Source of the DNA: a virus | Reading direction: 5' to 3' (one strand) | Length of the DNA: 64,000 nt | IMG/VR virus record: IMGVR_UViG_3300035661_000009 | Coordinates: 96,016 to 160,015 of that record | Shown: piece by piece, positions 25,725 through 36,326 of the stretch | Layout: each line of letters opens with the position of its first letter | How positions within the stretch are numbered: the first letter of the stretch is position 1 | The notes under the pieces: generated by a model | Databases searched by the model: none | What the model saw: only the letters and a program-made list of their open reading frames with translations | Told to the model about the DNA's origin: nothing | Position numbers and translations under genes: made by a program

Positions 25725-26287
25725 TGAGTTTTGTATTAACCCCAGATAAGCAAGTGTTTATGTCGAGTTTAGTAAAGGCCGCTTTAGCGGTTCGTCCTGC
25801 AATGAGCCTAAACGCCCGTGTGCTACTAACGGCGTGGGCCTGCCATGAGTCGGGGTGGGGTCAGTCGAACCCGGCTAAACGGGCCTTCAACCTCTGGAAT
25901 GTCAGCAAAGGGGCTTGGACCGGACCGACTTTGGCGGGTGGAGATACTGAATTTACCGTAGGTAGCAAAAATCCTCCAAAAGCCATAACACAGCAATGGC
26001 GAGTTTATAGAAGTATGGAAGAGTCTGTTAAAGACATCTTCAATTTCCTTGAAAATAGCCCCGGATTCGTGAACTATCGAGAGGCCGCTGCCCAGCTAAT
26101 GGCGGGTGACGCTCAATTCGCGACAACCCTAGGGGTGCTTGACAGAGGCCCCGATGGTGCTATAATCAGGGTGGATACCCGGAAGGGAACGGCAGGTTTC
26201 TACACGCTGCCCCGAAAAGATTACCAAAAGGGCGTCGATGATATCGTTAATATGATATCTGGATTTATACAAACTAATTGTACCTAA
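25724..26287 (+). CDS. glucosaminidase (GH73/FlgJ-like) peptidoglycan hydrolase
   Basis: HESGWG, NLWNV, WRVYRSMEESVKD motifs. Confidence 0.75.
   Translation: MSFVLTPDKQVFMSSLVKAALAVRPAMSLNARVLLTAWACHESGWGQSNPAKRAFNLWNVSKGAWTGPTLAGGDTEFTVGSKNPPKAITQQWRVYRSMEESVKDIFNFLENSPGFVNYREAAAQLMAGDAQFATTLGVLDRGPDGAIIRVDTRKGTAGFYTLPRKDYQKGVDDIVNMISGFIQTNCT
26139..26166 (+). promoter_or_regulatory. consensus sigma70 promoter inside the glucosaminidase gene
   Basis: TTGACA-N16-TATAAT with TG extension. Confidence 0.6.
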
Positions 26288-26290
26288 ATA

Positions 26291-26542
26291 ATGTTTAATT
26301 TACCAAACATAGAAGATTGGGAATTTGACTTTGCTGCTGATGGTGGGAAAAGTAGTTCAAAGCCAGGGAAAGAACTTATTAATACTGCACCGGTAAAGAA
26401 AGATATAATGCTGTGGAATTGTTATATTTGTGGTAGACCCAAGGCCCTAGAAGAAGGCGCGGCTACGACATTGAACGAAAGAGAGAATTTGCTTATACAT
26501 TATGAATGTAAAAAATTCAACATTGATGACAATAAGTATTGA
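26291..26542 (+). CDS. small Zn-finger-like protein
   Basis: CYIC...HYEC. Confidence 0.6.
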   Translation: MFNLPNIEDWEFDFAADGGKSSSKPGKELINTAPVKKDIMLWNCYICGRPKALEEGAATTLNERENLLIHYECKKFNIDDNKY

Positions 26543-26810
26543 ACAACTCGCTATATTAAGTTCATTATCTACCTCTCAAGAACCAAAATCGCTACTAGCG
26601 TGGGAGCTAGAGCGATTTTTTGGTCATAATTACAGTATGGCTAGTAAGGTAGTTGATGGGCTTGTAGTTATGGGGTACGCTCGATACGTACCAAAAATAG
26701 GTAAATACGAGATTACATCAGAAGGTATTGAGGCGATGTCAGAAGGTGCTAAGGGATTTAAGGCGTGCTATGACATTATCTACCGTGTAGCTAATATCAA
26801 CAATCACTAA
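26502..26810 (+). CDS. winged helix-turn-helix protein
   Basis: LVVMGYA...YEITSEG wing signature; start probably 26526. Confidence 0.55.
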   Translation: MNVKNSTLMTISIEQLAILSSLSTSQEPKSLLAWELERFFGHNYSMASKVVDGLVVMGYARYVPKIGKYEITSEGIEAMSEGAKGFKACYDIIYRVANINNH

Positions 26811-29215
26811 AGATTTAATCCAAAGCTTATTGGCAAGATTTGTGACGTTCCGTTTATTTCTAATACTATATTAATCATTAATACTGGGCCATTTTGCTGT
26901 ATATCTAACGAAGCAACGTTTCTAAACGTCGAGTCACCCTTAAACATAGTTAATATAGCTGAAGTTAACTCTTTAATATTTACGTCAGCTATACTGTCGC
27001 CTACGTCGAAATTAATGCCATATTCAGGATGGAGTGGCAATGTTCCTTGCTTGGTAGATAAAGCTAACTTAATTCTTTGAATAATGTTTTGCATACCATA
27101 AGCTAGCTTACAATCTCCGTCTGGTGTTATAGCTAAGTCTCCATCTGGGGTTAATAGCAAATCTACGCCGCCAACATCCAATAAAGTATCCATTTCGTCT
27201 ACGTCAGGAACTTTAGATAGTTTTGGATCTTCCCTTGGTGTATTTGCGCTTGGGATATAGATAACTTGTTGTGAATTCACCGTTCCGGGTAAAAACGCCT
27301 GTAACGTGGCTGAAGCCGCGATTACGTAACTATCTAGATCTGCGTTACCAGAAAGCTCAACCTCTACAAAGCCTGTGTATATTTCTCTAATATTATTAAT
27401 AGTTCTTTTGTTATTGGGCTTATTAAGAGAAGAGATCCAGACGTATTGACCAATATATAAATTAGTTTTATCTGAAACATAGCATTTTCTGCCATCTCCG
27501 TTAACTAAGAATGGGAGTTGAAATCCAGTTTCATCTACATAAGGCGCTCGTAAGCCATTTAGGGCTGCGATCTCATGCCATCTGTCTGTATTGCCTAGAT
27601 ACATTTGCGAGACTTGTTCTAGTGTATGATTATAAGGAAAAGGAATGGCGAACTTACTTACTGGAGTGGTAAAAGCAATGCCGCTTCTCTGAGCCAAACC
27701 TGCAATATATTCTAAGCTAGTGAATTTAGGTGGGTTTACATCTCTTGACATGGCAAGATAATCCAATGATTGAATTAAATTGTCTAAATAAAACAACGTA
27801 TTTAGCTCATCATCGGTTAAGTTAGGCTTTAATGTAGTTATTTGAATACTAATAGCATCTAGCTGATTAGCCATGTTTTCATAATCAGTTCTTGTCTGAT
27901 TAGCTACTTTATTTTGGTATTGAAATATAGCATTTTTCATTGTGCTACTTAGCTTAATATCTCTTGGATTCAAACCATCAAAGAAGTCATGTAGCTTTCC
28001 ACCCATAGGTTCGTCGCCGGGCTTTGGCAATATATGACTAGGAATGCGACGACCATCTAACCCTGGATAGTTAACTGTATCGGTAGTTACATTTATTCCG
28101 TATAGATCTTGAGTAAGCTGATTCCACTTTGTCTGTAGCTGATTACCTACGTCTAAGTTGTTGTAATCGGCTATTTCAGCTTGCATTGAAGCTACAACGT
28201 TTTGAAATAGATTATGAGGAAGGTCTAGTACAGAAAGCGGGATATTAAGTATGCTTTTGACTCCACCTGATAAATTCCTAATAGTTTCGCTTAATGCAAA
28301 TCCAAGACCGTTGCCCACTGAATTTAGCAAATCGTTAATCGATTGAAACGCAGTCGAGGCGTTTTTAATTAGATTAAGTATACCAGTAGCTATATTCGGT
28401 AGTTTTGCAGAAGGAATTGCAATAGGGCTATCAAAACTACCCCCATCTATCATAGCCGGGTTTACACGTTTCCAAGCCTTTAATTTCAATGTGTATAAAT
28501 ATTCCATTGGAGAGTTGACCGCTCTTTTCATATCAAATGAAACACCGCTGCATATGTAGGCGGCTTCGTCTTTATTTATGATTAGAGCCAATCTCAAGTC
28601 AGTTGAATTAACTACTGATTTTGGCGTATTTACTTGGATCTTGCTCTTCTTTAATTCTAAGTATTGCTCTAAGAATTGTTGGAATAATCGAAATTGATAA
28701 TAACCAGTAGACTCTGTTGGAATTCTGTCCGGATCTAAGTCAGTGTAGCTAAGACCTTTATTTATATTGCTTTTAAATATATTCAAAGGATTGGCTGAAG
28801 ATAGGTCGTTTAACGAACCACCAAGAATGTAACCCAAAACTGGCGGAAGCTGGGCTACAACACTATTCTTAATAGGCGTAAATCCAGTAGTCCCTTGTAA
28901 CGTAATATCTCTAAATGGCGAGCCGTTGTGATATTCGACGATTCCATTAAGCGTGGCTTGGACGTTTGTGGCTATAGCTCCGGTTATGGTTAGTTCTTGT
29001 GGTGGGATAGGTAAGACAAACTCCCAATGAGATAAATATTTAGAGGTTCCGTCTATTGGAGACAAAATAGCCATTTTATATGGATAATATTTATTCCAGT
29101 TGTCTGGGAAAAAGAAGTTTTGATCCCATGAGATAGTAGACAAAGCCTTAAGGGCCTCATCCCCTTTGCTCTCGACGTATCCAATTCCATTCTTACTGTA
29201 TTGTATTAATTCCAT
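26807..29215 (-). CDS. baseplate protein: tube-initiator-like N-terminus + LysM + gp25-like C-terminus
   Basis: ITLQGTTG; TLEQVSQMYLGNTDRWHEIAALNGL (LysM); GDLAITPDGD...NIIQRIKLALSTKQGTLPLHPEYG. Confidence 0.7.
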   Translation of the reverse strand: MELIQYSKNGIGYVESKGDEALKALSTISWDQNFFFPDNWNKYYPYKMAILSPIDGTSKYLSHWEFVLPIPPQELTITGAIATNVQATLNGIVEYHNGSPFRDITLQGTTGFTPIKNSVVAQLPPVLGYILGGSLNDLSSANPLNIFKSNINKGLSYTDLDPDRIPTESTGYYQFRLFQQFLEQYLELKKSKIQVNTPKSVVNSTDLRLALIINKDEAAYICSGVSFDMKRAVNSPMEYLYTLKLKAWKRVNPAMIDGGSFDSPIAIPSAKLPNIATGILNLIKNASTAFQSINDLLNSVGNGLGFALSETIRNLSGGVKSILNIPLSVLDLPHNLFQNVVASMQAEIADYNNLDVGNQLQTKWNQLTQDLYGINVTTDTVNYPGLDGRRIPSHILPKPGDEPMGGKLHDFFDGLNPRDIKLSSTMKNAIFQYQNKVANQTRTDYENMANQLDAISIQITTLKPNLTDDELNTLFYLDNLIQSLDYLAMSRDVNPPKFTSLEYIAGLAQRSGIAFTTPVSKFAIPFPYNHTLEQVSQMYLGNTDRWHEIAALNGLRAPYVDETGFQLPFLVNGDGRKCYVSDKTNLYIGQYVWISSLNKPNNKRTINNIREIYTGFVEVELSGNADLDSYVIAASATLQAFLPGTVNSQQVIYIPSANTPREDPKLSKVPDVDEMDTLLDVGGVDLLLTPDGDLAITPDGDCKLAYGMQNIIQRIKLALSTKQGTLPLHPEYGINFDVGDSIADVNIKELTSAILTMFKGDSTFRNVASLDIQQNGPVLMINIVLEINGTSQILPISFGLNL

Positions 29216-29241
29216 ATAGTTAAGATTGTTTCCTTGTCTTG

Positions 29242-29853
29242 CTATCCAGCTATTGTCATATTAATGGAAGAATTGCCGTCTATAGTGAAGTTAGTGCCAG
29301 TTGAAGGGGAGTTGTTCTTAACCGCATACAAAGTTATGGTTGGAGTGCCTTGTAAGGTCACTACGAACGTCCCAGTTACGTGTTTTTGATTAGTATCAGT
29401 AATATATGTAAGTAATTGATTGCTTTGAGTTCCGGATACGTCAATCCAGTATTGCAGTAAATGAGCGGGAGACGCAGAAACGGCTATATCGAATTGTACA
29501 GAAACTAACGCCTGTCTAGGTACTGATATGCTATCCGTAACAGTAAAGGCTATTAATGGCGTAGGGATGCCTCTAAAGGTAATGGTTGACGGCACTGGCG
29601 ATATAGTTTGTTGAGCGAAGAATGGGGCCATGTACTTAACCGATACGGCTAATCCAGCCTTAATGCCATCTTGTGAGACATTGTAAGCATCACCGCCGCT
29701 TGGAACCAAAACGTCATAATTAGGCACCGGAATAGCTTTAGTTCCATAATCGACGCCATTAGCTTGCAAACCTTGGCGCAATACCTTATCGGTATCTAAC
29801 GCCATTTGGTCTAACAATGCCTTATCTGCTATATTTACGCTAAATTTTGCCAT
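29242..29853 (-). CDS. virion structural protein (beta-rich)
   Basis: Position after spike; composition. Confidence 0.55.
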   Translation of the reverse strand: MAKFSVNIADKALLDQMALDTDKVLRQGLQANGVDYGTKAIPVPNYDVLVPSGGDAYNVSQDGIKAGLAVSVKYMAPFFAQQTISPVPSTITFRGIPTPLIAFTVTDSISVPRQALVSVQFDIAVSASPAHLLQYWIDVSGTQSNQLLTYITDTNQKHVTGTFVVTLQGTPTITLYAVKNNSPSTGTNFTIDGNSSINMTIAG

Positions 29854-29856
29854 TTA

Positions 29857-30897
29857 TTAATCCCCGTGGGTGTGTTTAGTGCTTAGATATGTAGAGGCTT
29901 GGGCTTCAAAGTTGGCTAAATCCACACCCATTTTGGTTACTGCCGTTATAGCTTGGGTTAATGAATAAGCCATAACTCCAAAACCGGGCAATGCTAATAC
30001 TCCACCCAGCATAGGTGCTGCATTAGCTGCAGCGGCTACTCCTAAGGCTATTGTAGCTTGTGTAAGCGCCGCCGTAAGGTTGGCTATGTCGGTAGACAGG
30101 TTGGTATGTAACGTTTGTTGCTGATTCCTGAAATTAGTGCCATTAAGCCAAGCTTGTTGACTAGCCGCGTCAGGATTGACTTTCATGCCGTTAGCTGTAG
30201 TTATTTTGAGATTAGCATCTGTCTTAAACTCAGTATTATTCTTACTATACGTCTTTATGTTTTGATCTTTCTTACTTATTTTAAAAAAGGCATTGTCTGT
30301 GGCCGAGTCGTCTAAACTACCTATATAGCCAAGGATGTGCTCACCATTAATGGTCTGTTGATAAGTAGCGTCTTGGTGTTTCTCAGAATCAGCGACAGAT
30401 CCGTCTGCGTTAGTCTTTCCTCTGCGGGTTAGCTGGAATTCGCCATCTTCGTTAATAAAGACATTCATTCCGTTATATTCAAAATCTAAAAAGATAGAAT
30501 TCCCGTACGTTTCTTCTGTACCAGCATATGAATGGGGAATACCGCCTATAATATATGCTTCTCTAGAATTACCATTAACACACATAACTAAAACTTCACT
30601 ATTAAGTCTTAAAAATGATTTTGGATTAGGGTCGATTCTGGGTATCCAGTTAATTCTATCCGCCACTCCACCAAATAAAGTGGTCGTTTTTACTCTATAA
30701 TATGGAGTGTGAGCTTCGGCACCGCCATCGCAATATCCGACTAAAACATCATATGTCATTGTCTTATATTGTTCATCTGGAGGATAAATATTAATAATTT
30801 TACCTAATCTAAGTCTAGAGTCATTTAGAGAGAGTTCATACGAACTAGCCTGCAATTGAGCGATATCGCCTAAATAAGATGGAAAGATTTCGCTCAT
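29857..30897 (-). CDS. baseplate spike (gpV/gp5-like)
   Basis: OB-fold-like VLVMCVNG...AYIIGG, C-terminal HTH (KHTHGD) metal-binding tip; follows hub. Confidence 0.7.
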   Translation of the reverse strand: MSEIFPSYLGDIAQLQASSYELSLNDSRLRLGKIINIYPPDEQYKTMTYDVLVGYCDGGAEAHTPYYRVKTTTLFGGVADRINWIPRIDPNPKSFLRLNSEVLVMCVNGNSREAYIIGGIPHSYAGTEETYGNSIFLDFEYNGMNVFINEDGEFQLTRRGKTNADGSVADSEKHQDATYQQTINGEHILGYIGSLDDSATDNAFFKISKKDQNIKTYSKNNTEFKTDANLKITTANGMKVNPDAASQQAWLNGTNFRNQQQTLHTNLSTDIANLTAALTQATIALGVAAAANAAPMLGGVLALPGFGVMAYSLTQAITAVTKMGVDLANFEAQASTYLSTKHTHGD

Positions 30898-30898
30898 A

Positions 30899-32752
30899 TT
30901 ACTCCCTTTCTACCGTAATTGAATCCATATGCTTATTTTTTGGATTATTTATGTAATATACGTGGGCACCCTCTGGATTATTTTCAGACTCACTAAGTAC
31001 AATGCCATTCGTCAAGGTCAATTGAATAGAAGACGACTTCAATCCAGAACCATTTATATTCCCCGTCATATTAACTGATTCAATATGAAAAAGAAGATCG
31101 CTAATTACACAGTTATCCCCAATTGCTATAGGATCTGAAAATCCAACTACAGTGACCGTTCCAGTAAGTTTTAAATGATTCATCCCATTTATATCTAACC
31201 AAAACTTATTATAAAAAGACGTTCTTGCTGTAATTTCTCCATTTATAGATCCTGTAAAAGCTGCTGAAATATTTTTAACGACGCCTTGAACGCCACTTCT
31301 TTTAATATCAACAGTATCGTGCAATGGGGTCAATGAATTTCTTATGTCATGAGGATCTATCCCTTGTCTAATCGGGAGTAAATAAGTAAAGTTCATTTTA
31401 GCGCCGTTAGATTTTGTAAATGAAAATGAATTAATCATTGCATCATCTATTTCCCAGCGAGGAAGATCTAAATATTTAGTTATATTAAAATTATCATTAA
31501 AATCGAACTTAATATCATTTTTTGGCGCAGTAGTTTTAGCTTGCTTAATTTCTCTTTTAATTACATTATTAGCATTTTTCTCTTGTGGAGTATTTGCCGC
31601 CCCTGCTGCCTGGCTTTTTAATTTGGCCAATACGGGAACTATTTTGGGAGTTGAAAGTGGAACTCTTCTTACGGTCAGTGACGGATATATAAGATCGTCA
31701 GAAGACACTCTCATTGAGGTGAACATTTCATTTATTGGAGAATTCAAATATCCTTGCAGGATCCCCATAACTTCTTGCATAGCCCAATAGGTAGGCTGGA
31801 CTACAATTGGATCGTTTAGTCTTTTGGTACAATTATTTATTATAAATCCAGTGTCTTTAAATAAATTATTTTCCGTATCTATTTCAGGAGCGTAGTCAAT
31901 AAACTCTTGGACGCCTACGGTTACGTTTAAAATGTTTGCGTAAGTCTGGCCGCCACCTGAAGTAGAGTCTCTCCTAAATAGTGTATTGATTGTATCGGGA
32001 ATAAAATATGCCTCATTTGGAGACATACTAACTGAAGTGTTTTGATTGCCAAATTTGGCTTTCTGGCTAGGTCCGTATCCCAAAAGCATTGTCAATGTAA
32101 GAGGAATCGCAAACTGAGTTGGCATTATACTAGTGATGGCCCCTTTGGTAGCGCCAGTTAAATTATTAAAATCCATCCAATAGTCAACTGGACCATTTTT
32201 AAGATTTTGAATATAAGGGTCGAAGAAAATCATTGCCCCCAGCTCTGAAAAGCTAGTACAACCAACGTTCATGGTCATGTTCTTGATACCTCCCGCACCT
32301 ACTTGCACAGAAGAAGTGACGGTGTTTACACGACCTAGAAATTTCAATCCTAAATCTTTATGGTTAAGTTTTTTATTTCCAACATTAAAGGTCTGATTTT
32401 TAAGTGCCTCTTTAACATTTAAATAATTAGTTTTATTATCAAAATACCAAAAACATACCCAGTCGCCAGGATTTATTTCAGATAGATAATTTATTTTACC
32501 TACAAGTAAATTTAAATTTAAATCTCCAGTCTTAGATCCTTTTGAAGACCTACATGTCCATGATACACAATCGTCATCTATTATTAAAGGATCTCCATCT
32601 TCTTCGACAGGATCTTTAATATTATCTATAGATTGCTGGGTGTCAAAATCTAAAGTAATTTTATCTTTAAACTTGACTACATAAGCAATCCAGTAGGGGG
32701 AGATTTGATGGGCGTCTCCGGAATTTGGAGATATTTTATTATTCTTTTTCAT
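30899..32752 (-). CDS. baseplate hub protein
   Basis: Follows tape measure; INPGDWV, FLGRVNTV, GTVTVVG...IAIGD...FHIESV. Confidence 0.7.
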   Translation of the reverse strand: MKKNNKISPNSGDAHQISPYWIAYVVKFKDKITLDFDTQQSIDNIKDPVEEDGDPLIIDDDCVSWTCRSSKGSKTGDLNLNLLVGKINYLSEINPGDWVCFWYFDNKTNYLNVKEALKNQTFNVGNKKLNHKDLGLKFLGRVNTVTSSVQVGAGGIKNMTMNVGCTSFSELGAMIFFDPYIQNLKNGPVDYWMDFNNLTGATKGAITSIMPTQFAIPLTLTMLLGYGPSQKAKFGNQNTSVSMSPNEAYFIPDTINTLFRRDSTSGGGQTYANILNVTVGVQEFIDYAPEIDTENNLFKDTGFIINNCTKRLNDPIVVQPTYWAMQEVMGILQGYLNSPINEMFTSMRVSSDDLIYPSLTVRRVPLSTPKIVPVLAKLKSQAAGAANTPQEKNANNVIKREIKQAKTTAPKNDIKFDFNDNFNITKYLDLPRWEIDDAMINSFSFTKSNGAKMNFTYLLPIRQGIDPHDIRNSLTPLHDTVDIKRSGVQGVVKNISAAFTGSINGEITARTSFYNKFWLDINGMNHLKLTGTVTVVGFSDPIAIGDNCVISDLLFHIESVNMTGNINGSGLKSSSIQLTLTNGIVLSESENNPEGAHVYYINNPKNKHMDSITVERE

Positions 32753-35262
32753 TATTTCTTTTTTAAGCCAGTTATAGGATTATTTTGTCTTTCGGAAATA
32801 GCCTTCCTAACTTCAGCAACTCTTTCCGGAGGAGAATGATTCATTTCTAGAACTAATATTTGTAGCTCTTGAACTAACCCAATAGCATCATCCCATAATT
32901 TATTATCACTTCCTTGGACAGTCTTCCAAAAAGCACTTGCGTCTCTAAAAGCAGAGGTAATTTCAGGTTTACTCATCGCTTCTACTAGGCCCTGCATAGT
33001 TATTGCTGCCGTTCCGGCTGCTGCGCCTGAAGAATGTTGCTGTAATCCAGAGACTGTTTTTGAAGCGGAAGCCATACTTTCGATCGATCCGTCGTAGCTA
33101 CCAAGCGCTTCGATTGCCTTAGTTCCTTCTACTTGATTCATTCCCTTAAACGACTGATCTCTTTGTCTAAGAATTCCGGCCATTAAAGCAGGATTCGATT
33201 TCATGGCCCCACGCCAACCGCCGCTAGCATATGCAGCACCGAGATTTTGATCGCTACCTGCCGCTTCCTGGGCCATGCGATCCATGTCGCCTTCAAATTC
33301 TTGTTTTCTTTGTGCGTCAGTGACGCCAAATGACCGTAACTCATCGGAATTACCAAGAAGGTCCGTAAGTGAAGCGTTGCTCAAGGCCTTAGTCTTATAG
33401 AAGCTAGCATCGTCACCTAAATTATTTCTTGTTTGCGAAAAATTAACCGCTTGCAAAAAAGGGTCGCCGCCCAAGCCTTCAGACAAGGCGTTTAATCCTT
33501 TTGATCTTTGCTCTATATCAGCTTTAATGCCACCTCCATTTCCAAGTAAATTAGCTAATGCGGATACTCCAGCTTCAGTAAATCCTCCGCTCGGACCCAT
33601 CATGGCTTGACCAATTGAAGAAGCAATACTTTCTCTAGTTTCTACGTCAAATCCCGACTTAACGCCAGCGGCTACGGCTAAAGTTAGCATTCTTTGAGCT
33701 TTTTCTTGTCTGTCTGCTCCGTTTCCTGACATTAAACCTGACGCATTGCCCATAAACTCGCCAGTCATTTGTCTATCAAATCCATACTTCTGAAATTCTA
33801 ATGAGCGTTCGTACAATCCGCGTTGTTTGTAAGAAACTCCTCCTCCTCCACCACTTTTAGGCGTAGCGATAGCTTCAGGTAATCCATTTCCTTCATGAAT
33901 CCCATAATGATGGCCAATATCATCCGACATAGGTATATGGGTTCCAGGTATTAGATCTCCACTTAGCCATCCCTTTTCGGTTTTACTTAAAGGGTGGTTT
34001 GTTAAAAAACCTCCCGTTTTTGGAGCCGCAGCTTTTTGATCCGCAGCTATTTTAGCCGCCGAACCTCCAGATCTATTTTGAATACCCATTGCCATGTTAG
34101 AGCCGTATTTATTACTCAACCCTGAAGCGAATTCTAAGCTTTCACTTAAAGACATGCCCTGTGCGGCACCGGCCCACCCAGCTTGCATAGCTTTACCGCC
34201 AGTACGTCTATCTGCTGCTAATAATGCGGGGGCATATTGCTGTAAATGTTGCATCAAGGGTGCTAAAGTTGGATCTACCTCTGTTTGGTAATTCCTAATA
34301 CCAGACTCAAGATTTCCGGTCTGCATAGCCTCTTTGCCGCCCTGAAGACTAAAATTGGCAGTATTTATTCCGGCAGTTAGTCCAGCACCAATAACTCCAG
34401 TGCCAGCGCCTGCAGCGCCTGCGTTAGCTAATCCAGTTCCGGCAGAAGCGGCAATGCTACTGGCATTCCCAAGAAAATTAGCGGCGGTTAATCCTGCCGT
34501 TCCACCAAACGTATTATCAAGAGTGCCGTTAATCCCACCTCTTAATGATGGAAAATCCGCAAGATTCCGAGGTCTGTCTGGATGTAGTCTAGCTGTTTCG
34601 TAAGCTAAAACATCACTAAAATCACCTCCAAGCATTCTGGATGTAATTCCCCCTCTATATCCTCTTACTTTAGCTAAATTACCATACGTAGCCAGACCTG
34701 CCGTTCCAGCATATTGAGCAGCTTCAGCGCCCACCCCCATTATTTGAGATGCTTGAGTATATCTATAAGCTGCCGCCGAAGTTTGTCCCATGTGAGATAC
34801 TTGGGCTTGGTGTTGGGCTTGAGGGGTTGCTGGAGCCGAAACGAAACCACCATTAGGGAGTGGGAGCAACATCACGTTGCCATTTATAGCACCGCCCCCG
34901 TTGCCACCACCACCACCACCACCTCCGCCGCCACCACCACGACCGCCACTTGCTCCACTTAATCGCTTGCTACTTGCAGCTACGGCAGATATGCTACTTG
35001 CCATGCTTTGGAGGGCGGCGGCCTGTGATTTAGCTTCAGCCCCAACAGATTTTAATGCTGCAATAAACGACCTATTCCCTTGAACCACCTCTTTCATACT
35101 GGCGGCAATAGCTTTGAAATTATCAGCAAACTTCTTCAAAGCACCTTGATTTTGGTTAATCAAAGCTTCGAGTTGTTTAAACTGATCTTTAGCTTTCTTA
35201 ATGTCGGCGCTTAATTGCCCTGCGCTGCCACCAATTCCACCGGGGTTTTTGGGAGTTGCCAT
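32752..35262 (-). CDS. tape measure protein
   Basis: 836 aa, Ala/Gly-rich helical, located after two chaperone genes. Confidence 0.7.
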   Translation of the reverse strand: MATPKNPGGIGGSAGQLSADIKKAKDQFKQLEALINQNQGALKKFADNFKAIAASMKEVVQGNRSFIAALKSVGAEAKSQAAALQSMASSISAVAASSKRLSGASGGRGGGGGGGGGGGGNGGGAINGNVMLLPLPNGGFVSAPATPQAQHQAQVSHMGQTSAAAYRYTQASQIMGVGAEAAQYAGTAGLATYGNLAKVRGYRGGITSRMLGGDFSDVLAYETARLHPDRPRNLADFPSLRGGINGTLDNTFGGTAGLTAANFLGNASSIAASAGTGLANAGAAGAGTGVIGAGLTAGINTANFSLQGGKEAMQTGNLESGIRNYQTEVDPTLAPLMQHLQQYAPALLAADRRTGGKAMQAGWAGAAQGMSLSESLEFASGLSNKYGSNMAMGIQNRSGGSAAKIAADQKAAAPKTGGFLTNHPLSKTEKGWLSGDLIPGTHIPMSDDIGHHYGIHEGNGLPEAIATPKSGGGGGVSYKQRGLYERSLEFQKYGFDRQMTGEFMGNASGLMSGNGADRQEKAQRMLTLAVAAGVKSGFDVETRESIASSIGQAMMGPSGGFTEAGVSALANLLGNGGGIKADIEQRSKGLNALSEGLGGDPFLQAVNFSQTRNNLGDDASFYKTKALSNASLTDLLGNSDELRSFGVTDAQRKQEFEGDMDRMAQEAAGSDQNLGAAYASGGWRGAMKSNPALMAGILRQRDQSFKGMNQVEGTKAIEALGSYDGSIESMASASKTVSGLQQHSSGAAAGTAAITMQGLVEAMSKPEITSAFRDASAFWKTVQGSDNKLWDDAIGLVQELQILVLEMNHSPPERVAEVRKAISERQNNPITGLKKK

Positions 35263-35285
35263 ATATTATAAGATTGCTTTTTGCA

Positions 35286-35771
35286 TTAATCGGGGAAATC
35301 GTCAACAAACTCGACCTTTACTTCTTCGGGTAAGTCTTTTGGAAGCGCTTCAGGCTGAGATTTAAGAGGCTTATTGGGAGGTGGGATTAATGGAGCTTTC
35401 TTTTCTTTAGAATTAGCTGCCTTTAAAGCCTTATTCTTAGCTAATATGTCTTGTAATGACAATCCTTCTTTAACCTCTTGTTCTAGGTCGGATAGGCTAT
35501 CGTCTTCTTCCTTAAGTCTCTTCTCACGTTCTTCTGGAGTTTCTAGGAGGAAAATGATCTGGTTATGCTGCTCTTCGGGCTCCATATCTTCATAATAAGC
35601 TTCGAAGTAGTGTTGGTAAATGTAGTCTTTGGGTAGATTTTCGACTTCGTGAAGTGGAGTATGAAATTTGACACTATACCAACGACATAGCTTTCGCATA
35701 TAGGCTTGATAATCTGGATCTAATACAGAAAGCAAGGCGGCTTTCTGTATTTCATTTAGATAATCAGCCAT
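35286..35771 (-). CDS. tail assembly chaperone (second)
   Basis: Position before TMP; RWYSVKFHTPL. Confidence 0.55.
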   Translation of the reverse strand: MADYLNEIQKAALLSVLDPDYQAYMRKLCRWYSVKFHTPLHEVENLPKDYIYQHYFEAYYEDMEPEEQHNQIIFLLETPEEREKRLKEEDDSLSDLEQEVKEGLSLQDILAKNKALKAANSKEKKAPLIPPPNKPLKSQPEALPKDLPEEVKVEFVDDFPD

Positions 35772-35776
35772 AAAGC

Positions 35777-36190
35777 TTATTGATTCTTTACAACTTCCTG
35801 CTTTTCGGCCATTTCCTTCAACCTAGCTTCTGCTGCTTTGCCTTTGTCTTGAACTTCCTTAATGGCAGCTAGACGAATCTTAATAGTTTCTGACCAAACT
35901 TCTGAAATTACGTTATCATCTACAAGGTCTATGCCAAAGCCCGCTTCTTTCCACCAAGCAGGAACTTCAGCTAAACAGACATAAAGATCTGCGAACACCT
36001 CAGCCTTGTCTTTTGCGTTTTGCGACGCTGAATCGGGGTTTTCGCCCAATAATTCCCGATACTTACGATCTCTTGCTAATTCTTGACGGTGAGATAGTCT
36101 ACGAAGACACTTAAATGACCCCATATAGGTTTCGCCCGACTTATCACCATTTACTGACACTCTAAACTCTGTTGTTTCTAGGAGATTCAT
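35777..36190 (-). CDS. tail assembly chaperone
   Basis: GSFKCLRRLS...VPAWW pattern and position. Confidence 0.65.
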   Translation of the reverse strand: MNLLETTEFRVSVNGDKSGETYMGSFKCLRRLSHRQELARDRKYRELLGENPDSASQNAKDKAEVFADLYVCLAEVPAWWKEAGFGIDLVDDNVISEVWSETIKIRLAAIKEVQDKGKAAEARLKEMAEKQEVVKNQ

Positions 36191-36238
36191 GTTTTATCCT
36201 TATTTCTTCTTCAAACCAAGCCAATCAGCCATCGGTCC

Positions 36239-36267
36239 TTGACGTACCAATCTTCTAGTGGTATTAT
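36239..36267 (+). promoter_or_regulatory. promoter for antisense ORF 36327
   Basis: TTGACG-N17-TATTAT; spacer also contains ACCAATCTT. Confidence 0.6.
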
Positions 36268-36326
36268 AGCATAGCCAGCATAACCAGCAGGCTTTATCAA
36301 GCTACATCAAGGAACCGCAATACATA

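Noticed and set aside
35286-36190. Programmed frameshift between tail chaperones
   Set aside because: The second ORF has its own ATG 5 nt after the first stop, and I see no convincing slippery heptamer at the junction
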